Source: Syntrophorhabdus sp. PtaB.Bin184 | GTDB taxonomy: Bacteria > Desulfobacterota > Syntrophorhabdia > Syntrophorhabdales > Syntrophorhabdaceae | Length of the DNA stretch: 34,800 bases | NCBI GenBank assembly: GCA_002067555.1 | Contig: MVQQ01000011.1 | Span: 1-34,800, forward strand | Direction of reading: 5' to 3' | Part shown: positions 15,567 through 23,789 of the stretch, piece by piece | Layout: the number at the start of each line of letters is the position of its first letter | Position numbering within the stretch: the stretch's first letter is position 1 | Notes under the pieces: generated by a model | Seen by the model: only the letters and a program-made list of their open reading frames with translations | Database searches by the model: none | What the model was told of the DNA's origin: nothing | Position numbers and translations under genes: made by a program

Positions 15567-16094
15567 ATGCCAGAAGACACAAACACGAATTCTCTGGGGC
15601 AGTATAGAAGTGCTTTGCAGACGGCGACTCTTGCCGCAGAACAGGGGAACACGGAGTTGGCGCTTGAAGTGATACAATGTGCCTTGAGGAAACTCTATCT
15701 GGAAAAGGATACTATCATAAACGATTCACATGACGAGGATGCTCAGGCAATCGATCTCATGCTCAATCAGAGATACCTGGAATACAGATCTAAGCTGGAA
15801 CCCAGGAGTCCCTACCTGAGTCTGGCCATCAAATCATTGATAATCGCTGCGATTGTGGTATCCGCGCTCCTCTTGACGGCAACGGTGGCGTTCAAGCAGA
15901 TGCGAAATGTCATGCACATTGCGGCCAGACATGTGGTTTCTCAAGAATTCAGAGAGAGCAAGGAACTCGTTGCCATAGTCAAATCAACCGCGGAGAAGGC
16001 TGTCGAACGAGCGCTCAGTGACGGGAGAGAGCGGACCTCCGTTGAGAATCAAGACGACGTGAAGGACGAGAAGAAACGAGTAAAAAAACGGTAG
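15567..16094 (+). CDS. Hypothetical single-pass membrane protein with acidic/Lys-rich C-terminal tail
   Basis: 175-aa ORF with one hydrophobic segment, LAIKSLIIAAIVVSALLLTATVAF, and a tail ending DDVKDEKKRVKKR. I recognised no family. Confidence 0.5.
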   Translation: MPEDTNTNSLGQYRSALQTATLAAEQGNTELALEVIQCALRKLYLEKDTIINDSHDEDAQAIDLMLNQRYLEYRSKLEPRSPYLSLAIKSLIIAAIVVSALLLTATVAFKQMRNVMHIAARHVVSQEFRESKELVAIVKSTAEKAVERALSDGRERTSVENQDDVKDEKKRVKKR

Positions 16095-16173
16095 AAAGCT
16101 GACCCATGCGTGTAATGGCGACCCTTGAGATCAGGGGACGGGAACCAAGAGCTAGAGGACCTGAGAGAAAGAG

Positions 16174-16884
16174 ATGAAGAAGGCGGACTGTCGAGAAAAA
16201 GTCGTGACAAAGGAACCCCAATATCAGCATCATCAAGACTTGAAGGAGAGGGAAGGGCTGAAGAAGCTTGGTTTGCGGGCGAACGCTCAATGGGACAATG
16301 ACCCAAGAATGTTGCTGATCGGTTTGGCGAGATACAAGTTCGCAGCGAAGATGCTGAAAGGCAAGAAAAGAGTATTGGAAATCGGTTGTGGAGACGCCTT
16401 TGGGACGCGATTGGTACAGCAGGAGGTAGAGTCGTTACATGCCATAGACTTTGATCCTGTTTTCGTGGATGATGTCAATGACCGAATGGATGAGAAATGG
16501 AAATTTGAGTGTATTGTGCATGACATCCTGAATTCTCCCGTTTCCGGGTCGTATGATGCTGCGTTCTCTCTCGATGTCATTGAACATATAGAGAAAAAAG
16601 ATGAGAGAACATTCTTGAGAAATATAGTCGCGTCGTTGGAAGAACCCGGGGTTTTGATCATAGGAACGCCTTCAATCGAATCTCAGGCATATGCAGCCCC
16701 TTTGAGCAAGATCGGACATATCAACTGCAAGGACGAGGTGGGATTGAGGAGCCTCTTGAAGGACTTCTTCCATGAGGTATTCATATTCTCCATGAACGAT
16801 GAAGTGGTGCATACAGGTTTCTATCACATGGCACACTATCTTTTTGCTATCTGTGTGGGAAAGAAAGCGATCGAAGAATCATGA
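16174..16884 (+). CDS. Class I SAM-dependent methyltransferase
   Basis: Motif I VLEIGCGDAFGTRLV, post-I AIDFD, and DAAFSLDVIEHI. Confidence 0.75.
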   Translation: MKKADCREKVVTKEPQYQHHQDLKEREGLKKLGLRANAQWDNDPRMLLIGLARYKFAAKMLKGKKRVLEIGCGDAFGTRLVQQEVESLHAIDFDPVFVDDVNDRMDEKWKFECIVHDILNSPVSGSYDAAFSLDVIEHIEKKDERTFLRNIVASLEEPGVLIIGTPSIESQAYAAPLSKIGHINCKDEVGLRSLLKDFFHEVFIFSMNDEVVHTGFYHMAHYLFAICVGKKAIEES

Positions 16885-17780
16885 CTGATCAGGGATACTT
16901 GAGCAACAACATAAAGAAGATCATCATCATTGGCCACAATGGATTCGTGGGCACACATCTGACAGACTTCTTTACCAGCGGTCTGGAAAAGGTGGAAGTG
17001 CTGGGTTTTTCCTTGCCTGATTTCGACCTCACGAAGAAAAGGGACTTGCGGAAACTGGCGAGGCTTCTTTCGGATGAAGTCGTTCTGATTGTCTGCGCTG
17101 CGATTAAACGACAGTTTGGGGACACCCTGGAAGCCTTTCAGAAAAATGTCGAGATACTCACCAATCTTTGCACCCTGTTGCGAGATAGGCCCGTGCGAAA
17201 CGTTGTGTATTTCAGTTCAGCGGCCGTATATGGCGAGGATGTCATTCATGGGACCATGTCGGAGATAACCCCGATCTGCCCGACATCATTCTATGGAATG
17301 GCGAAGTATGCATCCGAATGCATTTTGAGAAAGACCATCCATGAACACGGGAGTGGCAACCTGATCATACTGCGACCCACTCTCATATATGGCCCGGGTG
17401 ACCTGGGAGAGACCTACGGTCCAGCGGGTTTTCTGAAGAAAGCTTTGCGTAAGGATGTAATCACACTCTGGGGGGATGGAAACGAATACAGAGAGTTTAT
17501 CTATGTTGATGATGTGGTCCAGATCATCAACAGGTTGATCTTGTTAAACTACAGCGGAGTATTGAACGTTGTAGCCGGGAAAAGCTACACCTTCAAAGAT
17601 GTCATAGAAGAGATATCGAGATCCACAGGAGTTGAAATAGCCGTAACATCAAAGCCGAGAACGAAGCAAAAGGTGGACAATCACTTTGATAATTCACTCC
17701 TGTTAAGTACATTGCCCGATAGTCACAGTTTCGTGACGCTCGAAGAGGGAATCAAGAGGATGTTGGCTGCAGAGGGTTGA
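16881..17780 (+). CDS. NAD(P)-dependent epimerase/reductase (SDR), NDP-sugar type
   Basis: ATGA overlap with the upstream gene. Motifs IIIIGHNGFVGTHL, FSSAAVYG and YGMAKYASE (YxxxK). Confidence 0.75.
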   Translation: MTDQGYLSNNIKKIIIIGHNGFVGTHLTDFFTSGLEKVEVLGFSLPDFDLTKKRDLRKLARLLSDEVVLIVCAAIKRQFGDTLEAFQKNVEILTNLCTLLRDRPVRNVVYFSSAAVYGEDVIHGTMSEITPICPTSFYGMAKYASECILRKTIHEHGSGNLIILRPTLIYGPGDLGETYGPAGFLKKALRKDVITLWGDGNEYREFIYVDDVVQIINRLILLNYSGVLNVVAGKSYTFKDVIEEISRSTGVEIAVTSKPRTKQKVDNHFDNSLLLSTLPDSHSFVTLEEGIKRMLAAEG

Positions 17781-17805
17781 GTTCATTACCGTAACGGCGG
17801 AGAAT

Positions 17806-19008
17806 ATGAAGAGATGTGACGTTTGCCTGAGCGACAATGTTGTGGAGAAAGTTGATTTCGGTTTGCAGCCCATCTGCAATCGTTTCCTGACAAGAAGCGA
17901 CGCGGAGGAATCGAGGTTTCCCTTCGTGTTCGGACAATGCCAGGCCTGTGGGACAATGCTGAACCTGCATCGGGTCTCCGCCGCCGAATTGAGGCCGCCA
18001 TTCGAGTGGATAACCTACAATGAACCGGAAGGCCATCTGGACCACCTTTGTGAAGTGATATGCCGGTTGCCGGGATTGCATGCGGATTCCACTTTTTGCG
18101 GTGTCAGCTTCAAAGACGATACGTTGTTGGAGAGGCTGAAGAACAGAGGTTTCAGAAACACGTGGAGAATAGATCCGGCGCAGGATCTGGGAGTAGACGC
18201 GCCCGGTATTGGAGTTGAGACAGTCCAGGACCGTATCAACAGCCGCACGGCCAACATAATGACCGACAAATACGGGCGTGCGGACGTTGTCATTGCTCGC
18301 CATATTCTGGAGCACGCAAGCGATCCGGAGGTGTTCATCAATTCACTGTTGGAGCTTGCCAGGCCGGGTGGATACATGGTCATAGAGGTACCCGATTGTT
18401 CCGGCGCAATAGAGAATCATGATTACACAACCTTCTGGGAAGAACACTTCGTGTACTTTACCCCTCAGACGTTCAAAACCTTCTTCGGTGTTCGAAGACT
18501 GGTCATGCGGTACTATGAGTGCTTTGAGTATGCGTTCGAAAACTCCCTTGTTGGCATCGGGCAAAGAGGAGACATAAAGGATTCCTTCAACATGGACCAG
18601 AGCGCGGTGAAGGACGAGATCGACAGGACATCAAGATTTCTTTCGGATTATCCGGACGTGAAGAGGAGGACAAGAGGGTATTTCGCGGATCACTTGTCCT
18701 CTAAGGGCAAGACAGCGTTGTTCGGTGCTGGACATCTGGCTTGCACGTATATAAATCTTTTTCAACTTGAGGATCGCATTTCATTTGTCGCTGATGACAA
18801 CCCGAACAAGACGGGTCTTTTTATGCCAGGCTCGAGACTGCCGATCAAGCCGTCAAGTGCCCTTGTCGAGGAAGGTATCAAGCTTTGCTGCCTGAGTCTG
18901 AGTCCCGAGATAGAAGACAAGGTGATTGGAAAGAACAGTTCGTTTGTGCGCAGTGGTGGAGTTTTTGCTTCGATATTTTCGAGAAGCACGAGAGCGCTCA
19001 GAATATAG
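17806..19008 (+). CDS. C-methyltransferase-like protein (TylC3/NDP-hexose C-methyltransferase architecture, divergent paralog)
   Basis: N-terminal Zn-ribbon CDVC...CQAC, central HILEHASDPEVFINSLLELARPGGYMVIEVPD, and a C-terminal domain with FGAGHLACTY and VADDNPNKTGLFMPGSRLPI. The usual GxGxG motif I position reads CGVSFKDDT, which is degenerate. Confidence 0.65.
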   Translation: MKRCDVCLSDNVVEKVDFGLQPICNRFLTRSDAEESRFPFVFGQCQACGTMLNLHRVSAAELRPPFEWITYNEPEGHLDHLCEVICRLPGLHADSTFCGVSFKDDTLLERLKNRGFRNTWRIDPAQDLGVDAPGIGVETVQDRINSRTANIMTDKYGRADVVIARHILEHASDPEVFINSLLELARPGGYMVIEVPDCSGAIENHDYTTFWEEHFVYFTPQTFKTFFGVRRLVMRYYECFEYAFENSLVGIGQRGDIKDSFNMDQSAVKDEIDRTSRFLSDYPDVKRRTRGYFADHLSSKGKTALFGAGHLACTYINLFQLEDRISFVADDNPNKTGLFMPGSRLPIKPSSALVEEGIKLCCLSLSPEIEDKVIGKNSSFVRSGGVFASIFSRSTRALRI

Positions 19009-19022
19009 AAGGTGTTGACCAC

Positions 19023-19541
19023 ATGAAGATCAAAAGGATCAGTGACGAAGTCATCTATTGCGAGGATCAGATAGTGCTGGTGGACTATGAGGATATTCAG
19101 GGTCTGAAGGGGTCAGCCAGGCACAACGAGAGAAAGCGCGTGCGTATATGTGCCCATCGGGAAGAGACCGACAGACTGCACGAGATGATCATAGTCCACA
19201 CGAGAGACACGTATGTACGCCCTCACCGCCACTTCGGAAAGAGCGAGTCGTTTCTCATTATAGATGGACTGGCAAAGGTTCTTATCTTTAGCGATGATGG
19301 CAGCATCCAGAATGTGATCAATATGGGAGATTACCTGTCGAAGAGGACCTTTTATTATCGTATATGTGAACCCCTCTACCACACCCTTTTGATCGAATCG
19401 GACGTTATCGTTTTTCACGAGAGCACGAATGGACCTTTCAACAGAGGTGATAACGATTTCGCTCCCTGGTCACCCGACGAAAAAGACTCCGCGGCATGCA
19501 GCAACTACTTGAGTAAACTTCACAAACAGATCAGGGCTTGA
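19023..19541 (+). CDS. WbuC-like cupin-fold protein
   Basis: ATG 19023. The pattern RVRICAHREETDRLHEMIIVH...RPHRHFGKSESFLIIDG fits the cupin His/Glu pattern of WbuC-type proteins found in O-antigen loci. Recognition from memory only. Confidence 0.55.
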   Translation: MKIKRISDEVIYCEDQIVLVDYEDIQGLKGSARHNERKRVRICAHREETDRLHEMIIVHTRDTYVRPHRHFGKSESFLIIDGLAKVLIFSDDGSIQNVINMGDYLSKRTFYYRICEPLYHTLLIESDVIVFHESTNGPFNRGDNDFAPWSPDEKDSAACSNYLSKLHKQIRA

Positions 19542-19566
19542 CCACAATGTCACTTTGAGGTGGATA

Positions 19567-20808
19567 ATGGATAAATCTCATTACATTCGAACAACATGCA
19601 GACTATGTGGTGACAGCAACATCAACACCGTTTTGATGCTTGCTCCCACGCCGCCCGGTGATCACTACGTTAAGGTGGACGGTCTGAAAGACAAGCAGGA
19701 GGATTACCCGTTATATCTCATACAATGCGCCAATTGTGGTAATGTTGAACTGCCCGTCGTAGTGAACCCGGAGATTCTCTACGGCAAATACATTTACGAG
19801 ACATCCATTTCTCTGGGACTGGTTGAACATTATCGGACTTACGCTGACGAGATCGTTGCCTTTGCTCAACCACGCCCGGGGTCGTTGGTGATCGATGTGG
19901 GAAGCAACGATGGCACATTACTGAGGGCTTTTCAGGCGAAGGGCTTTCGTGTCCTGGGGGTTGATCCGGCGAAGGACATAGCGGCGAAGGCAACGAATTC
20001 GGGCGTATTTACGATCCCTTCCTTTCTTACCGGAGGTCTGGCACTGGACATCACTAAAGAACACGGTCACGCCTCGCTCGTGACTGCGAACAACGTGATG
20101 GCGAATATAGACGATCTTGACGATTTTGTCACTTCGATCAGAAACCTTCTTGAACCGAATGGACTATTTGTGTTCGAATCAGGGTATCTGGCCGATCTGG
20201 TGAAGCATACGATCATTGATAACATTTACCACGAGCATCTCAGTTACTTCTCCGTGAGACCTCTGATATCCTTTTTTCAACGCAACGGCTTGGAGCTTAT
20301 ACATGTTATTCACAATCCAAGCAAGGGGGGATCGATCAGGGGTATCGTCCAGTTGGAGGGAGGGGGAAGACCCGTTCTGGATTCGGTGGGGCGACTGGTT
20401 GGGTCGGAAAACGAGTCCGGTCTTGGCAGACCCGAGGTGTACAGAGAGCTTTCCGAAAAGGTCAAGAGAGAAAAGCAGGGGTTGCTTGACCTGGTGCGTA
20501 GTTTGCGCGGGGAAGGAAAACGGATCGCTGGTTACGGTGCTTCAGTTGGTGTTACCACGCTCATCCATTTCCTTGAGATCAGCGACCTGATCGATTGTAT
20601 TTTTGACGACAATCCGATTCGAGACGGACTATTCACGCCAGGCCACCATATCCCGGTATTCAGTTCGGATAAGGTGTATGAGAAGCTGCCCGATTACATA
20701 GTCAATTTTGCCTGGAGATACACAGACCCCATACTGCAAAGGCATAAAAAGTACGTAGCCAATGGTGGAAAATTCATTGTTCCCCTGCCGGAAATACGAG
20801 TGATCTAG
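19567..20808 (+). CDS. NDP-hexose C-methyltransferase (TylC3 family), canonical paralog
   Basis: Zn-ribbon CRLCGD...CANCGN, SAM motif I VIDVGSNDGTLL, NIYHEHLSYFS and GGSIRG. The C-terminal domain has GYGASVGVTTL and FDDNPIRDGLFTPGHHIPV. I chose ATG 19567 over the upstream TTG 19555. Confidence 0.8.
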   Translation: MDKSHYIRTTCRLCGDSNINTVLMLAPTPPGDHYVKVDGLKDKQEDYPLYLIQCANCGNVELPVVVNPEILYGKYIYETSISLGLVEHYRTYADEIVAFAQPRPGSLVIDVGSNDGTLLRAFQAKGFRVLGVDPAKDIAAKATNSGVFTIPSFLTGGLALDITKEHGHASLVTANNVMANIDDLDDFVTSIRNLLEPNGLFVFESGYLADLVKHTIIDNIYHEHLSYFSVRPLISFFQRNGLELIHVIHNPSKGGSIRGIVQLEGGGRPVLDSVGRLVGSENESGLGRPEVYRELSEKVKREKQGLLDLVRSLRGEGKRIAGYGASVGVTTLIHFLEISDLIDCIFDDNPIRDGLFTPGHHIPVFSSDKVYEKLPDYIVNFAWRYTDPILQRHKKYVANGGKFIVPLPEIRVI

Positions 20809-20829
20809 AACGCGAGACGGACCAACGAT

Positions 20830-21888
20830 ATGGATCATCCTCTAAAAATCGGTTTTGTTGGGGCAGGCTTCATGGGTCAACTGGCTCACATCGCAAATTA
20901 TGCCGAGTTGAACAAATGTCGCACCGTGGCACTGGCAGAGCTGAGGCCGGGCCTCCGAGAACTGGTTGCACGACGTTATGGTATCGACAAGACCTATGCC
21001 ACCCATGCGGAACTTCTGGCGGATTCTAATGTGGACGCCGTAGTTGCTGTAACACAACGCTTTCTGACAGGTCCAATTGCGCTCGATTGCCTGAGGGCAG
21101 GGAAGCACGTTCTGACTGAGAAGCCCATGGCTTCCACATACGAGCAGGCAACAACACTCGTGGAAACCTCCAGGGAAGCAGGAACGGTGTACGCGGTGGG
21201 TTACATGAAACGGTACGATACCGGTGTTAGAAAGGCCAAGGGCATTCTGGAATCCCTGCTGGTATCAGGCGAGTTGGGACCCGTCAGGTATGTACGCTCC
21301 CATTGTTTTGGAGGAAACGCTTACTGTAACATTGGTGGGCATCTGACTACAGGCGAAGCTTTCGAGTATGAACTGCCTCGCTGGCCCATCGCGCCGGCTT
21401 GGGTTCCGGAGGGTTTGAAGAAGGAATATGAGCGGTTTCTCAACACGTATTGCCACAACATCAACCTGCTCAGGTTTCTGGTCGGCTCAACCCTGAAAGT
21501 CACCTCGGTATCATTTAACGGTCAGGCCGAATGGGTGATCATACTCGACGCCGGGGATTATAACGTTCTCCTGGAAACGGGGAATTACGCGTATCATGGT
21601 TGGGATGAGGTTACGGAGATATATTTCTCCAACGGCAGGCTCCGCATATCCACTCCGCCACCCTTGCTTAGGGGTGTACCCGCTCACATAGAGATATATC
21701 AAAGCGGGCAGGAGCATAACCTGAGCTCCCCGTATTCGGCTTGGTCCTGGTCGTTCAGAAATCAGGCAGAAGCTTTCGTTGATGATATCTGCAACGGCAG
21801 AGGATCAATATCAAGCGGGGAAGACAGCCTTGAAGATATGCGATTGGTGGAGGATATCTGGCGAACGTATCTTACTGGACAACAATAA
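20830..21888 (+). CDS. Gfo/Idh/MocA family oxidoreductase
   Basis: N-terminal Rossmann KIGFVGAGFMGQLAH and the family motif LTEKPMAS. Confidence 0.8.
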   Translation: MDHPLKIGFVGAGFMGQLAHIANYAELNKCRTVALAELRPGLRELVARRYGIDKTYATHAELLADSNVDAVVAVTQRFLTGPIALDCLRAGKHVLTEKPMASTYEQATTLVETSREAGTVYAVGYMKRYDTGVRKAKGILESLLVSGELGPVRYVRSHCFGGNAYCNIGGHLTTGEAFEYELPRWPIAPAWVPEGLKKEYERFLNTYCHNINLLRFLVGSTLKVTSVSFNGQAEWVIILDAGDYNVLLETGNYAYHGWDEVTEIYFSNGRLRISTPPPLLRGVPAHIEIYQSGQEHNLSSPYSAWSWSFRNQAEAFVDDICNGRGSISSGEDSLEDMRLVEDIWRTYLTGQQ

Positions 21889-21911
21889 CCGGATGGAGGA
21901 AGGGGAGTTAG

Positions 21912-23048
21912 ATGAATTCTTCACACGTTGAATTCTATAGGAAGCATAATATATCGCCGGTCAGACAGGACATACAGGATTTGGACAGGCACTTTAGGAA
22001 TAGGGAGTTCCTGTATCGCCAGATGGGAATACTGCCGATGTTCATCACAGGCAAGAGAGTTATCGAGGTTGGGCCTGGGTCGGGGTTTAACTCTCTGTAT
22101 ACCGCCAGTCTGAGGCCCGCCCGGTACGTCCTTATGGAGCCCAACCGCGCAGGGGTCTCGGACATTCGGAACCTTTTTTCGGATTATCCCGACCTCCTCG
22201 AGGTGATCGGGATTGAAGAGTGCATGCTCAGTGATTACAGGGACGATTCCCGGTTCGACTTCGTTTTTTGCGAGGGGGTGCTGTCCGGCGTTCCGGTCCC
22301 GGGAGACTTCTTGAGGCTGCTGTGCGATCTTGTGACCTCACGGGGCCTTCTTGTGATAACGTGCGTTGACGATATATCGTATTTTGCCGAGGCTTTGCGG
22401 CGCTTCTTTGCCCAACTTCTGATCGATCCCGCTTCCAGCCTGGAGGAGAAGACGAATCTGTTACTGCCTATTTTCTTACCACACCTGGCAAATCTGAAAG
22501 GGATGAACCGTCGCCCGGACGACTGGATCATCGACAACCTGATCAACCCTGCGTCAATCGGAAGAATGTTGTCTATTGCTGAGGCGATTGAGGTTGTGGA
22601 GAAGAGCTTTGACATATATGGGTCATCACCTCATTTCATCGTTGATTGGCGGTGGTACAAGGAGATTCTACACAGCGGGCTGAGCATTAATGAGAACGGA
22701 AAGAGCCTTTACTGGCAAAACGTTCACAATTTCCTTGATCACAGCCACGTCTTTCCACAGCGCTCGGAAACGGAGAATCGCAAGCTTCTTTCCCTGTGCA
22801 GATCATCGAGAGATAAGATGCGTGAATTTGAGAATGAGAGGAATCAGGACGTAGTGTCTGAAGTTTGTTCATTGATCGGTGAGGTGATATCTAACGTTTC
22901 TGAGTTTTCGACCGGCCTTGCGGATGCCTTGCGGGAGGCGCTGGACGCGATTGTGGGCCTCAATGTTAAAGGAATGACAGACAGCAGGAGATTCGGCAGG
23001 TTGTTTGGCAGGGGGCAGCAGTATGTCAGTTTTAGCAGGCGAGAATAG
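21912..23048 (+). CDS. Class I SAM-dependent methyltransferase with ~200-aa C-terminal extension
   Basis: Motif I VIEVGPGSGFNSLY and DFVFCEGVL. The long C-terminal region has no motif I recognise. Confidence 0.65.
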   Translation: MNSSHVEFYRKHNISPVRQDIQDLDRHFRNREFLYRQMGILPMFITGKRVIEVGPGSGFNSLYTASLRPARYVLMEPNRAGVSDIRNLFSDYPDLLEVIGIEECMLSDYRDDSRFDFVFCEGVLSGVPVPGDFLRLLCDLVTSRGLLVITCVDDISYFAEALRRFFAQLLIDPASSLEEKTNLLLPIFLPHLANLKGMNRRPDDWIIDNLINPASIGRMLSIAEAIEVVEKSFDIYGSSPHFIVDWRWYKEILHSGLSINENGKSLYWQNVHNFLDHSHVFPQRSETENRKLLSLCRSSRDKMREFENERNQDVVSEVCSLIGEVISNVSEFSTGLADALREALDAIVGLNVKGMTDSRRFGRLFGRGQQYVSFSRRE

Positions 23049-23128
23049 CCGGGACGGATTCGATGCCAGGCGCGCGGAGTATCCCAAGAAAGCGACCGCC
23101 GGCAGTGTCTGCGGGAAAATGTGAGTGA

Positions 23129-23746
23129 TTGCTGAAAATGTTGCTTGATGTTTTATCGTCGATGATCTGGATACAGCTGCAACGCATCGTTCATCTGAAC
23201 TATTACCTCTATCATTATCATTTGCGAGATGCGATTCTTCATAATCCGTGCAGGACGTACCTGGAGGTCGGCTGTGGAGCCGGAGCGGTGTCCAAATTCA
23301 TAGATGATACGTTGCATTACGAAGAGTACCTGGGCGTGGATATTGACGAGAAAAGGATACGCTACGCGGCGGCAAAATATGGCGCAAGAGAAAACACGCA
23401 TTTTCGGTCGGGCGATGTGAGGCAATTGCCAATCGACAAAGACTATGACTGTCTGTTGCTGGTCGGTTTTCTGCACCACGTTCCGAACAATGAGTGCTTG
23501 TCTTTGGTGAGGTATGTCCTGCCCAGGATAACACGTAAGATAGTGATTCTCGAACCCATCTTCGTCTACAGATCCGTGAGAGCGAATCTTTATGAAAGAT
23601 ATCTTGAAAAGGGCGAACACAGGCGAAGTGTCACCCAGGTGAAGGAACTGCTTGATCAGAGCGGTGTTAGGATCGATCTTGAGTATACTTCGCGGCAGGC
23701 GATAGGATTGTTTGATTTCTGGTGCGGGATCTCAGACCTCCGATGA
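23129..23746 (+). CDS. Class I SAM-dependent methyltransferase
   Basis: Motif I YLEVGCGAGAVSKF, GVDID, and DCLLLVGFLHHV. The track start is non-ATG (apparently TTG), with an ATG 9 nt downstream as an alternative. My hand count of the flat-file lines and the ORF track disagreed by 1 nt here. I kept the track coordinates. Confidence 0.7.
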   Translation: MLKMLLDVLSSMIWIQLQRIVHLNYYLYHYHLRDAILHNPCRTYLEVGCGAGAVSKFIDDTLHYEEYLGVDIDEKRIRYAAAKYGARENTHFRSGDVRQLPIDKDYDCLLLVGFLHHVPNNECLSLVRYVLPRITRKIVILEPIFVYRSVRANLYERYLEKGEHRRSVTQVKELLDQSGVRIDLEYTSRQAIGLFDFWCGISDLR

Positions 23747-23789
23747 CTGAGGACAAGATGCTCTGCCAGCTGTTTGCCCGATCGTCTGG

